A stretch of DNA of 64,000 nucleotides from Candidatus Cloacimonadales bacterium (GTDB lineage: Bacteria; Cloacimonadota; Cloacimonadia; Cloacimonadales; JAIOQZ01), in assembly GCA_963674825.1 (NCBI GenBank), contig OY771587.1, positions 3,552,001-3,616,000 of the forward strand, written 5' to 3'. Positions 11,355-21,606 of the stretch are shown here, one piece after another (the first letter of the stretch is position 1; every line of letters begins with the position of its first letter). A program made the translations under genes and the position numbers. The notes beneath the pieces were generated by a model. That model had not been told where the DNA came from, made no database searches, and saw nothing but the letters and a program-made list of their open reading frames with translations.

Positions 11355-14330
11355 CTATTTCAGCAGCAACATCTTCCGGGTACCGGCCACCTTACCATCA
11401 ACCTTGAGCTGATAGAAATAGACGCCCGTTGCGACATGCTTTCCACGGCCATCGGTTCCATCCCAGACAACGCTGTGCCTTCCGGGTGCAAACTGCTCAT
11501 CGAGTACCTTGCGAACCATCTGACCGCGGATGTTGTAAACCTTCAGTTCAGCGCGCGCGTAATTCTTCATACTGAATTCGATAGTCGTCTCGGGATTGAA
11601 CGGATTGGGATAGTTACCATGCAGAATCGCGTATTTCGGCGCGGTTGCCGACGATCCGGATCCTTGCGGCATCTCATGGTAATTGGTCTCTTCGTAAGCG
11701 ATGTTCAGGATTTCAACAGCGTCGGAAGTTCTTACCTCGATGTAGTAGTAATCGTTTGGCGCTTCGATCTCGGAAAATCCGCTGATATCATGCCAATCTT
11801 CCCATTCAACCAGGCTGACATCGTCAAACCAGTTGTAGCCGTCCGGATCGCTGTTGAACTCGCTGTATATCTGAACGTCAAAGAAGTTGGTTCCGTCCGG
11901 GGGATCGATCTCTTTCCAATAGTGGTGCCAGTCGGTTGTGCCTGAGATATCTTCATCAAGCGAGTATTCAGCTAGCATGGAGCCCTGGGTACGTGCCGTA
12001 TGATTGCGGATTTTCAGCGTAGCATACTCGGCTTCTTCCGTTTTGATGTAGCCTTGAAGCGTGAACATCGTGGTATCCGAATCGCATTTGATTCTATTAT
12101 CGAGGTTGACCGTCACGCCATCGCTGCCGCTCCAGAGCTGTTGCCGAAGTGAGCGTAAACCACGGTATGCAACGAAGTCGTCATAGTCCTCGTAGTTGCT
12201 GTTGAGGTTCCATAACGTGCATCCTTCATCTTCCATATTACCCCACCAGAGGCGTTCCCGTCCCACGCGATACTGGCAATTAGCCACAAGGTCAGCAACC
12301 TGAAGCGACGAGATGTTTCCCTGACGTGTGAGGCGAATCGGGCCCGACGTGCTCCAGTCGTCAACCTGCACCATATCGAGCGTCTCTTCATAAAGCTCAG
12401 TTTCAGTATCGAACTGGGTTGTGTCCATGATTACATAGGCAATAACTTCCTCGCGATCGACATCCAGCCAGGTGTCGAGTTCTTTCGATTTCTGCGCCAG
12501 ATAGTCCAGGATATAGAGCCCGAGTTCGTTTTGCGCCGGTTGCGTGATGTAGTCGTCAATAAAGGCCGGGACGATCGAGAAATTCTTGTAGCCGTCTTCA
12601 TCGACCTCCGCGTTGAGGATCATCGTGGGCATTGTTTCGGGATAATCAAGGTCGAAGACGTAGTTGCCGAGCGAATGCGCGATCAGCTTGCCGTTATATA
12701 CCTCGAGGCCGTGGATGATGTGCGGATGATGCACAATCACCAGGTCAGCGCCGTTATCGATTGCGAAGTGGCGCATTTGCCGATCCCACATCTGCGGAAC
12801 ATCGTAGAGTGGCGAATAATCTTCATCGGCATTGTTGTTTAAATCCGGTTCGTCTGGAAGGTCGTATTCGTTACCCGGTTCGGTGGAATATTCGCTACCT
12901 GCGTGCCATATCATGGTAATAATATCAGCGGTCTCCTGAACGGATTCGATCTGCTGCAGGACATTATACGGCGTCATGTAAGCGAATCCCGATTTATTGA
13001 GCCCCGCGTTGAGGTAAGGCTGGAAGTTGTTGTACTGTCCTGTGCGGTCGCTGGACATCAGGAAAGCCATGTTGATACCGGCGGGGTTGGCAAAAACGGG
13101 CTGGCTGGCTTCGTAGAGATCCATTCCCGCACCGCTGAACGCGATCCCTTCCTGAGTCAGCATCTGTTGCGTTTCGACGAGCCCTTCTTCCATATAATCA
13201 AGAATATGGTTGTTCGCGATGGTAACAATGTCGATTCCAGCGTATGTTAGGCCTTCGACATTGTCTGGATTTCCCTTGAAACAAACGGTTTTGGTCGGGT
13301 GCTGGTTATATGAATTTGTCAGCTGACACTCGAGGTTGGCGATGGTCAGGTCTGCGGCTTCACCAAGGATGGATAACGTGGGATCGAAGATCGCTTCGAC
13401 ACCCAGCGTGTTGATGATCCCATTCCAATCATCGTATCGTCTTGCCAGCATGATATCACCCACGAAATTAACCTTAATAGGCAGCGTGGTTTCGCCTTCA
13501 TCGACCCAAATCTCGCAGGTAGCTGTTCCCCACATTCCGCTATCGTCCCGCACCTGTAGCAGTACGGTGTAATCATGGTCATCTTCGATCGTGTAGGTAT
13601 GCAATGGTTCTGCTTCCTGGCTGGTTGCGCCATCGCCAAAGGACCAGAAATACTCAAATGTCTCGCTATCGGGATCCGTTACCTCTGCATGAAACTGGGC
13701 GGTAACGAAGCGGTCGCTGCGTGTAGGAACCTCGTAGCTTATCGCAACTGTCGGCTCAACCGGCAAATCTTCGGTGATGTTAACGATATGGTCAAAGTAA
13801 ACCTCGCCGGAATTGCTACCATCGTTGTCGTTTACATAGACAATGGAAGTTATTGTGGGATAGTATTCAAAACGCGCCATCCAGTCGTCAGCAACCGGTA
13901 GCAGGATAGTATTCCATTGATCTATCGGAAAAGCACCCTGATAGACGGTTACCCATTCATCGATGTCCAGTTCCTGGGAGCCGGCAAAGCTGTAGAAAAG
14001 TGTATGTGCGCTGTCTTGAAGCGCAAAGCCTTGAATCTCGCTGACATTATCCACGTAAACCGCGACCTGCCAGACATCGCCTTCCACTACATCGATCGAA
14101 TCGACAGCTTCAACCTTCCAGGTGTTACCAAACAGTTTAAGGGCGTATTCCGATTCGTTCCAAGTAGTAAGAGAATCGAGCGACCAGTCGTCCGGATCGC
14201 CGTCTTCATCGGCATATGATTCAAGTTCGATCAGTCCATCCTCGAAGTCTTCGATTACAACCTCGCGGTATCCAGTGGCGCTCAGGCCGATTATAAACAT
14301 GCTGAGAGCAAGAAGTATCAATGTGCGCAT
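11355..14330 (-). CDS. Secreted CapA/PGA_cap-family metallophosphoesterase with PKD domain and FlgD-like C-terminal domain
   Basis: FVGDIML, ANLEC, IANNHILDY, WHAGSE, GADLVIVHHPH, HSLGNYVFD; PKD WSFGDG...HTY; CTD NYPNPFNPETTIEF...RKMLLLK. Confidence 0.88.
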   Translation of the reverse strand: MRTLILLALSMFIIGLSATGYREVVIEDFEDGLIELESYADEDGDPDDWSLDSLTTWNESEYALKLFGNTWKVEAVDSIDVVEGDVWQVAVYVDNVSEIQGFALQDSAHTLFYSFAGSQELDIDEWVTVYQGAFPIDQWNTILLPVADDWMARFEYYPTITSIVYVNDNDGSNSGEVYFDHIVNITEDLPVEPTVAISYEVPTRSDRFVTAQFHAEVTDPDSETFEYFWSFGDGATSQEAEPLHTYTIEDDHDYTVLLQVRDDSGMWGTATCEIWVDEGETTLPIKVNFVGDIMLARRYDDWNGIINTLGVEAIFDPTLSILGEAADLTIANLECQLTNSYNQHPTKTVCFKGNPDNVEGLTYAGIDIVTIANNHILDYMEEGLVETQQMLTQEGIAFSGAGMDLYEASQPVFANPAGINMAFLMSSDRTGQYNNFQPYLNAGLNKSGFAYMTPYNVLQQIESVQETADIITMIWHAGSEYSTEPGNEYDLPDEPDLNNNADEDYSPLYDVPQMWDRQMRHFAIDNGADLVIVHHPHIIHGLEVYNGKLIAHSLGNYVFDLDYPETMPTMILNAEVDEDGYKNFSIVPAFIDDYITQPAQNELGLYILDYLAQKSKELDTWLDVDREEVIAYVIMDTTQFDTETELYEETLDMVQVDDWSTSGPIRLTRQGNISSLQVADLVANCQYRVGRERLWWGNMEDEGCTLWNLNSNYEDYDDFVAYRGLRSLRQQLWSGSDGVTVNLDNRIKCDSDTTMFTLQGYIKTEEAEYATLKIRNHTARTQGSMLAEYSLDEDISGTTDWHHYWKEIDPPDGTNFFDVQIYSEFNSDPDGYNWFDDVSLVEWEDWHDISGFSEIEAPNDYYYIEVRTSDAVEILNIAYEETNYHEMPQGSGSSATAPKYAILHGNYPNPFNPETTIEFSMKNYARAELKVYNIRGQMVRKVLDEQFAPGRHSVVWDGTDGRGKHVATGVYFYQLKVDGKVAGTRKMLLLK

Positions 14331-14485
14331 ACGCTATCCTTTGTTGAAGTTGGAGATCGTGTACCGATGTCATGTGTATCAAGATTCGTTCCACATTGCA
14401 AGAAAAATTATCATCGTACTCAGACGGGAATTCGTTTTCATTGACAGCGAGAGCGGCGACGAGGTTGTTTACCTGCGAGGTAAAA

Positions 14486-16420
14486 ATGAACGTAGTAGCA
14501 TATATCTCCGATCACGGCTTTGGCCACGCAACTCGTATGGAAGCGCTTGTGCGTCAACTAAACGACTTCGGTATCTTCTGCCATATCCGCACGGGCAGAC
14601 CGGAATTTCTATTCAATACGCTCAATGACCAGTTTTATCAATACGAGGATGTACGACTCGACGATGGCATGACCCACGAAAACTGGTGGACCATCGACAT
14701 GGAAACCACCCGGAAGCGGATTTTTGAGCGTTACAAGGATTACGAAGCGCTTGTGGAAGCCGAAGTTTCCTTCCTAAAAGAGAACCACATCGATCTGGTT
14801 ATCGCGGATGTCCCACCGCTCGCGTTCGAGATCGCGAAGCGTGCAGGTGTTTTCAGCATCGCAATCTCAAACTTCGACTGGCACTATATCTACCGCAATG
14901 TATTCACCCAAGATAAAGAGCTGAAGCCCCTCCTCGATCAGATCGCCTCGCTGTATGGCAAGGCTGACTGTTCTTTCCGACTTCCGTTTTCGGACAGTCA
15001 GAGCATCACCGGAGAAAAAAAAGGCGTTCTGGCCAGAAAACTTCCGCAGAATCGCGCAAAATTCTGTCGTGAGCACAATATCGATCCCAACGACCTCATC
15101 GTACGTGTTTCCTTCGGTGGTGAAGGCGGTAATCCCGTCGATATGGACAGCCTGCTGAAAGTGCCGGGTATCACGGTTCTCACCAACGATCAGCACGGCG
15201 AGGATCACGATAACTACCGCGCGCTTTCGGGAAACCAGGCTTTCACCGAAGCACTGGGTGCGACCGATGTCATCATCACCAAGCTCGGATACAGTACGCT
15301 GGCCGAGTTGACCCAAATGGGCATTTTCCTTATCTATACATACCGCGAAGACTACCCGGAAAACAAGATCCTGGAAGGCGATCTCGATGGTTACGCACGC
15401 AAAATCCACGTTCCGCTCGATCAAATCGGCAGCGCAGACTGGAACAACCTGCTCGATCAGGCTAAACAGCGGCTTCAAGAACCTTACAACGTACGCAAGT
15501 ACAGGAATCGAAATCGCGATATCGCGCTAAGCTGCATTCAGCGCTGCTTCGATGGCCGGACCGGCAAGAAAGCAGTCATCGATGTGGGAACCAACAACAT
15601 CCAAATGCTGTGGGCAATCGGTAAGGATGTAGTACACCGCGCATCACAAATATCAGCTCTGGGCAAAGGCATGAAAGACGGTATCCTGACCGGAGCTGCG
15701 ATCATTCGCGCCAAACACATCCTGCGAGACTACGTAGATTCCGCACGTGCCTTCACAGAAGATATCACCGTCACCGGAACCAGTTGCTCCCGCGAGGCAA
15801 AAAACATTCACCTGCTGTCCGACTGGCTTCATAAGCGCTACGGAATCGGCTATCACATCCTCTCCGAAAAAGAAGAAGCCGGGTTGAGCGCACTGGTGAT
15901 GCGGGTTGATTTCCCGGAGCATAAACGCCTGGTATCGTTCGATATCGGTGGTGGCAGTACTGAATTCAATCTTCTGCAAGACGGTGAATTGCTCGAATCG
16001 ATCAGCTTACCGGTGGGAATACGTCGCCTTGAAAACCTGTTCACATCGAATACCGAAGCAAAGATTGAGTACATCTCAAGCCAATTGAACCGTATAGCAA
16101 GCTGGAAAAGTGAGCCGGTGACACTCGTGGGAATCGGCGGAAGTATTGCAAATCTTGCTGCCGTGAAAGCCGGATTAATTCGCTACAATCCAGAAATTGT
16201 CCATAAAATGATCCTCAGCTCAGACGATATGAAGAATTTCATTGACACTTTCGGAAAATTAACCTACAAAGAAATCCAGGAACTGATGCCTTTCGAACCG
16301 GCTCGCGCGGATCTGATCCGAACCGGTTCCATATTTATTAAGATGGTTATGGACTTTTTCGACCAGGAAAGGGTGATTGTTAGCGACCGTGGCTTGATGT
16401 TTGGAGTGCTGTACCAGTAA
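14486..16420 (+). CDS. Fusion: GT-B (arabinokinase N-terminal-like) domain + Ppx/GppA phosphatase domain
   Basis: AYISDHGFGHATR...IITKLGYSTLAE; then AVIDVGTNN, EEA, FDIGGGSTE, VGIGGS, RADLI, VSDRGL; start 14486 after GAGG. Confidence 0.8.
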   Translation: MNVVAYISDHGFGHATRMEALVRQLNDFGIFCHIRTGRPEFLFNTLNDQFYQYEDVRLDDGMTHENWWTIDMETTRKRIFERYKDYEALVEAEVSFLKENHIDLVIADVPPLAFEIAKRAGVFSIAISNFDWHYIYRNVFTQDKELKPLLDQIASLYGKADCSFRLPFSDSQSITGEKKGVLARKLPQNRAKFCREHNIDPNDLIVRVSFGGEGGNPVDMDSLLKVPGITVLTNDQHGEDHDNYRALSGNQAFTEALGATDVIITKLGYSTLAELTQMGIFLIYTYREDYPENKILEGDLDGYARKIHVPLDQIGSADWNNLLDQAKQRLQEPYNVRKYRNRNRDIALSCIQRCFDGRTGKKAVIDVGTNNIQMLWAIGKDVVHRASQISALGKGMKDGILTGAAIIRAKHILRDYVDSARAFTEDITVTGTSCSREAKNIHLLSDWLHKRYGIGYHILSEKEEAGLSALVMRVDFPEHKRLVSFDIGGGSTEFNLLQDGELLESISLPVGIRRLENLFTSNTEAKIEYISSQLNRIASWKSEPVTLVGIGGSIANLAAVKAGLIRYNPEIVHKMILSSDDMKNFIDTFGKLTYKEIQELMPFEPARADLIRTGSIFIKMVMDFFDQERVIVSDRGLMFGVLYQ

Positions 16421-16458
16421 AGTCCTGTAATCGATCAATTCGACAATCGGGGTTTGTT

Positions 16459-18612
16459 ATGTCTTCTGCGATGAAAATAGAGCAATTACCGCGTGGCGGA
16501 ATAATCGTACGCTCTGGTGACGATTGTATCCAATATGGAGCACCACCCGAAACGATCAAGGACACCCAAAGGCGTTCTGAAGGCGTTCCAAGACACTATT
16601 TAATACCACATCAAATGTTCGATATCCAGCGCGGAATCTCGCTGGCTGATATGGAATTCCCCGTTTATTACAATTTTTTCCAGAGTGGTGGGAAGACCAT
16701 CATCATCTGTACTGAGGAGCAACGCAAACGCTTACAGATGATCCTTCGTGAATCTCTTTTCGGACCGGAAAAGCTTGAACCTGCCTATCTCGAATCTGAG
16801 ATACGCTATTTTCGCAATAACCCATTCAATCCCGGCCATCAGATGAACCTCTCGGACCTGGTTCAGTTCAGGGTATTCAAGAATCACGAGATAACGATCG
16901 GTGGTTTCAGCATTCGTCGTCACAATGACGGAAGCTTCGATGTTGTTGATAAGGATGGAAATCAAACAAACCTGGCCCAGAACGCAATTTTCGGGGAGCG
17001 TCCTCAGATCAGTGACGTTCATTATTATTCCTTTCGCCAACCAATCTACGGGATTACCATCCTTGGTGCAGGAGACGGTTTCAACCCCGATTCGATAACA
17101 TCTGGAATGATCGTCTGGGTAAACAGGCGCGGAATTATCGTCGATCCACCGGTAAACACTACCGAACGCATGGCTCGACTCGGAGTGAGCCCCAAGCTCA
17201 TCGATAGCGTGATCCTGACCCATTGTCATTCCGACCACGATGCCGGTACCATCCAGCAGCTCATGCAGGAAGGACGACTTAACCTCTATACAACGCAGTC
17301 TATCTTCTCAGGATTTTTGCGCAAAATCTCAGCGCTGACCTGCATCGAGAAGGATCATCTGCGCAAGATGGTCTCTTTCTACCCAGTGAAAATCGACGAA
17401 CCGCAACGCATCGGCGGAGCGGAATTCCGATTCCAGTACAACCTCCATTCGCTGCCTACGATATCTTTCAGGGTATCTCTGCACGGTATTGACATGGTCT
17501 ATAGTTCCGACACGCAAAACGATCCCGATTTCATCGAAAAGATGTATCGTGAAGGGTTTATCGATCAGAAGCGTCGTGATCAGTTACTGGATTTCCCATG
17601 GGACAGCGATGTTATATTTCACGAAGCAGGCTCCAAGCCGCTCCATACACCGATAGAATTTCTCTGCAACCTGCCAGAGGAAGTACGCCGCAAGATGTAT
17701 CTTCTGCACACCGACTTATCAAGAATTCCACCAGATTCCGGCCTGCGGATCGCCCCCACCGGATTGGCGAATACCATCACGATGGATGTCGGCGAGATGC
17801 CGCATGATGCTGCTATCGAAGTGCTCGATGTGCTCTCGCATATGGATATGTTCCGTGAGCTTCCCATCGAAAAAGCACGCGAGATTCTCATCTATATCAA
17901 ACGTCGGTCATACGCAAAATCCGAAGTGATTCATCGTGAAGGCGATCCGGCAGAGTACTTCAGCATCATCCTGCACGGTGCTGTGCGAATCGAAGTAAAT
18001 GGCAAACATATCACGACGCTGGGAAAGGGCGATTTTTTCGGTGAAAAATCGATGATGCTTGGGTTAAGCCATAGCGGTGACGCTGTTGCGGAAACTGATG
18101 TAGAACTGCTATCTATCGAGCGGGATGATTTTTACGCGCTGATTCAAGGTACCGAACTGCAAGACACGCTGGACCATCTGGCACGCATTCAGAACCTCGA
18201 GCTCTGGAAGCTGGTGCAAAACAATCCTGAATTCGCCAGTCTTACGCCTACTCAGATCAATCACCTTCATCGTATGTTCAATTCGGAAATTCTATCCATT
18301 GCAGCCGGAAAGAGATTCATCCGCCAGGGCGATCTGATCGATTCATGCTACGTTATAAAAAAAGGCAGTGTCGATGTGATTCAGAATAACCGGGTCATTG
18401 ACACGATTGGAGTGGGCGATATTTTCGGCGTGACTGCGATCTTCGATAAGGAACGAAAAGTTCACCACGGCTTTCGCTGTGTCGATGATGTCGAGCTGTA
18501 CTCGATCGGACGTGAAGCGATGATCGAATACATCGAGAAGAATCCCGGTGCATATGCCCGGCTATATTACTCGAACTATATCCAAAGTTCACCGGAGAAC
18601 AGATGCTTGTAA
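16459..18612 (+). CDS. Metallo-beta-lactamase-fold hydrolase with two C-terminal cNMP-binding domains
   Basis: THCHSDHDAG, HSLPT, YSSDT, FHEAG...LHT; two CNB domains (IHREGD...GDFFGE; FIRQGD...GDIFG). Confidence 0.85.
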   Translation: MSSAMKIEQLPRGGIIVRSGDDCIQYGAPPETIKDTQRRSEGVPRHYLIPHQMFDIQRGISLADMEFPVYYNFFQSGGKTIIICTEEQRKRLQMILRESLFGPEKLEPAYLESEIRYFRNNPFNPGHQMNLSDLVQFRVFKNHEITIGGFSIRRHNDGSFDVVDKDGNQTNLAQNAIFGERPQISDVHYYSFRQPIYGITILGAGDGFNPDSITSGMIVWVNRRGIIVDPPVNTTERMARLGVSPKLIDSVILTHCHSDHDAGTIQQLMQEGRLNLYTTQSIFSGFLRKISALTCIEKDHLRKMVSFYPVKIDEPQRIGGAEFRFQYNLHSLPTISFRVSLHGIDMVYSSDTQNDPDFIEKMYREGFIDQKRRDQLLDFPWDSDVIFHEAGSKPLHTPIEFLCNLPEEVRRKMYLLHTDLSRIPPDSGLRIAPTGLANTITMDVGEMPHDAAIEVLDVLSHMDMFRELPIEKAREILIYIKRRSYAKSEVIHREGDPAEYFSIILHGAVRIEVNGKHITTLGKGDFFGEKSMMLGLSHSGDAVAETDVELLSIERDDFYALIQGTELQDTLDHLARIQNLELWKLVQNNPEFASLTPTQINHLHRMFNSEILSIAAGKRFIRQGDLIDSCYVIKKGSVDVIQNNRVIDTIGVGDIFGVTAIFDKERKVHHGFRCVDDVELYSIGREAMIEYIEKNPGAYARLYYSNYIQSSPENRCL

Positions 18613-19604
18613 TTTTAAAACCAAAGATAGATCCCGAGTTGGAGAAAGATTTCATTCGGCACATCCTGGAGATGAAGCTGGATTACTACCAGTATGAGCT
18701 ACCTGACAGGCATGCAATCTATGTCCGTCACGATATTCCGCCCCAAGACCTTAACATTCTGACGCATCATGAAGCCGTCGAGAATGTCGTGCGACTCAGT
18801 GGTCAGCAGAAGCAGGTTTCCAGTTCTCAGCCTCCGGTTGCAATTGAAATTGGTGACGAAGCTATCTCTCGTGAGACTTTCACGATTATGGCAGGACCCT
18901 GTACGTTCATCGATGAGAGCGACCTTTCCGCTGTTGCGGAGAAGCTTGCCGAAGAGGGAGTTAAGTTCTTGCGCGCAGGTGTTTTTAAGTTGCGAACGTC
19001 TCCTTATTCATACCCGGGACCCGGAGTGAAGGGTCTGGATATCCTTCGTCGCGTCACCGAGAAATTCGGGATGCATTCGATTACTGAGGTCACATCGATC
19101 GAGGATGCAAAGATGTCAGCTCAATATGTGGATATCTTGCAGGTTGGTACGCGGAACATGTACAATGTGCCGATGCTTTCGACACTGGGTAAGATCGGGA
19201 AACCGGTGCTGCTGAAGCGAGGTCTTTCGAGCACCTACGAGGAATGGCTGTACGCTGCAGAGCATATTGCGGTTCAAGGTTGTACGGATATTATTCTGTG
19301 TGAACGGGGGATTCGCACCTACGATAGCTATTTACGCAACACGCCGGATATCGCGGCGATACCTGTTATGAAATCGATGAGTAGATTGCCGGTGATTTTC
19401 GATCCGTCGCATGCGACAGGTAAAAGGGAGATGGTCAGACCGCTCTCACTTGCGGCGTGTGCGGCTGGAGCGGACGGACTTCTGATAGAAGTCCACCCGG
19501 AGCCGAATCGCTCACCGATCGATGCACATCAGACGATAGGCATTGACGAACTGAGCGGAATATTACGAGATATCAAGACGATTCGATCGATCTATAACAG
19601 CTGA
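18603..19604 (+). CDS. aroF: DAHP synthase, type I-beta, with N-terminal regulatory extension
   Basis: MAGPC, FKLRTSPYS, QVGTRNM, LLKRG, LCERGIRT, DPSHATG, EVHP. Confidence 0.88.
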   Translation: MLVILKPKIDPELEKDFIRHILEMKLDYYQYELPDRHAIYVRHDIPPQDLNILTHHEAVENVVRLSGQQKQVSSSQPPVAIEIGDEAISRETFTIMAGPCTFIDESDLSAVAEKLAEEGVKFLRAGVFKLRTSPYSYPGPGVKGLDILRRVTEKFGMHSITEVTSIEDAKMSAQYVDILQVGTRNMYNVPMLSTLGKIGKPVLLKRGLSSTYEEWLYAAEHIAVQGCTDIILCERGIRTYDSYLRNTPDIAAIPVMKSMSRLPVIFDPSHATGKREMVRPLSLAACAAGADGLLIEVHPEPNRSPIDAHQTIGIDELSGILRDIKTIRSIYNS

Positions 19605-19606
19605 GA

Positions 19607-20323
19607 TTAGTCCAGATTGCTCTTACCGACTTTGATGATGTCGCCAGAGCCATGGACCGACTGACTGATCGATTCGGGAGATCCCTGATAATAGACATCG
19701 CCGGAACCATTCACAGACACAGCCAGTGCGTTATCAACCGCGATCTTTACATCGCCTGAACCATTGATGGTCACACTTGCGCTGCTTGAATTCATATCGA
19801 ATGCATTGACGTCACCCGAGCCATTGATCGAAACCTTGTGGCTACCGGTATTGCCTTTGAGAAGGACATCGCCTGAGCCCGAGATATGGGTTTCGACATC
19901 TTTGTAATCGACCGTCAATGAAATATCGCCAGAACCGTCGACCGCAATATAGAGCTGTTTGCCAGTGATCTTTCCATTGGAATCGATATCACCGGATCCG
20001 GCAACGCTGAGGCGTCTGACTTCAGGCATCTCGATCCTGATTTTAATGCTCTTGTGAGAGCGGATGTTGGCTTTTCTTTTAAAGGACAATACCAATGCAC
20101 CGTTATCCACTTCAGTCTCAATGAGCTCCATCAGGTTGTCTTCTGCGATAATCTCGCATGAAAAGCCATCACCTTGCGTCACGGTTACATCGGCAGACAT
20201 ACGGAGTGAAATCGAATCGAAATCCGAAACGTCACGGTTTTCCGTGATGACATTGCCCGAACCGACAATCGCGAATGTGAGTGTTGAAAAAAGGCTTAAA
20301 ACGAAAACCGCCAATCCTTTCAT
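19607..20323 (-). CDS. Head GIN domain (DUF2807) secreted protein
   Basis: GSGNVITENRDVSDF; repeated GSGDI/GSGDV; YYQGSP end. Confidence 0.9.
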   Translation of the reverse strand: MKGLAVFVLSLFSTLTFAIVGSGNVITENRDVSDFDSISLRMSADVTVTQGDGFSCEIIAEDNLMELIETEVDNGALVLSFKRKANIRSHKSIKIRIEMPEVRRLSVAGSGDIDSNGKITGKQLYIAVDGSGDISLTVDYKDVETHISGSGDVLLKGNTGSHKVSINGSGDVNAFDMNSSSASVTINGSGDVKIAVDNALAVSVNGSGDVYYQGSPESISQSVHGSGDIIKVGKSNLD

Positions 20324-20386
20324 GGTTACCTCCTGTTTGTTTTCTGCCGAAACAAGAGCTTATTTCTGACTCTTTCTGAGATTTCG

Positions 20387-20647
20387 TTATCTACCTTTGC
20401 GAAGTTTTTTGTCCAAATGCAGCATCGTGAACTGCCTCTTCACACGATGATTGGCAATTCGTTCCAGAACAAAGAACACAAGAATACCAATTGACAGCGA
20501 TAATACACTACATAACAACAGGAATTCGTTTTCTGTGTCCCGGAAGAACTCCAATGCCAAAATAATGCCGCCTAACAAGCCAATTACAAATATAGTAACC
20601 CCGACAATCACCATCTGTTTGCTTGACTTAGCCGTTTTGGTGAACAT
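20387..20647 (-). CDS. Small two-TM membrane protein
   Basis: RBS AAGGAG before ATG 20647; two hydrophobic helices. Confidence 0.6.
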   Translation of the reverse strand: MFTKTAKSSKQMVIVGVTIFVIGLLGGIILALEFFRDTENEFLLLCSVLSLSIGILVFFVLERIANHRVKRQFTMLHLDKKLRKGR

Positions 20648-20868
20648 AAACACTCCTTAATAAGATCAGTAAAGCAATGTTCAGTGTAATGTCAAGAAGA
20701 TTCGGCAAGTCAATGGAAAATGATTTGAGTTCACATGACAAATCCTGTATATTTTTAATATGCAATATTTGAATGCTCTGAGGTCGGAAAACTTGCCGAA
20801 AAAAAGGTTGCGTAAATCCCATGAGAAAAATAGATTGAATAAGTGAAAAATGAATATTGGGATGAAGT

Positions 20869-21561
20869 ATGTTTAATTTGAAAATCATGATTCCGCTACT
20901 GATTCTGCTTCTGCTTTCTGCTGCTGTAATTTCCTACAAAGTCTTTGTTTACGAGAGTAAAGACAAGCTCGTCCCGCGCGTTTCCGTGCTGAATCTCGAC
21001 GAGGCAATTGCGGTTCTGGAATCGCGTGGACTCGATTATCGAGTTACCAAAATTGGTGATACCGAGCCCAATCCGGACGATCCGGTTATTCGGCAGGAGC
21101 CGATCGCTGGAACGCGTGTATGGGATGATATGGTCGTTGAGTTGATTGTCTCGAACCGGCCTATGCCGCTTCCGGAAATTGACTCACTCAATGTAGCTGA
21201 AGCCGTTCGGTTGACCAACGAATATGGTTTCGAGGTTGCCGACACACTGTACGCTTACGACGATTACATCCCTGAAGGATTAGTTGTAGGCTACAAAGAT
21301 CGCAGCACGACGACTGTTTTGAAAACACCGGTGACGATCATTGTCTCCAAAGGTGTTTCCTGGGGCACGATACCGAGAGTTACTGGTATTCACGCTCAAA
21401 GAGCCGAGAAAAAGCTTCGAGACGCTGGTTTCTCGAACATAGAATTTTCAATGAAACCGGATAAAAAACTACTGGAAGGATATGTATTGGATGTCCAACC
21501 CAGTAGTGGAAGATATAGAAGAGACACGACGATCCACGTCACTGTATCAAGTGGATCGTGA
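20869..21561 (+). CDS. Membrane-anchored triple PASTA-domain protein
   Basis: TM anchor then VPRV...QEPIAGT...LIVS; LPEI...IIVSKG; IPRVTG...VQP...VTVSSG. Confidence 0.85.
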   Translation: MFNLKIMIPLLILLLLSAAVISYKVFVYESKDKLVPRVSVLNLDEAIAVLESRGLDYRVTKIGDTEPNPDDPVIRQEPIAGTRVWDDMVVELIVSNRPMPLPEIDSLNVAEAVRLTNEYGFEVADTLYAYDDYIPEGLVVGYKDRSTTTVLKTPVTIIVSKGVSWGTIPRVTGIHAQRAEKKLRDAGFSNIEFSMKPDKKLLEGYVLDVQPSSGRYRRDTTIHVTVSSGS

Positions 21562-21606
21562 TCTGATCAGCCTTAACTTTCCCCAACGGTATAAGAAGAC
21601 CCGATC

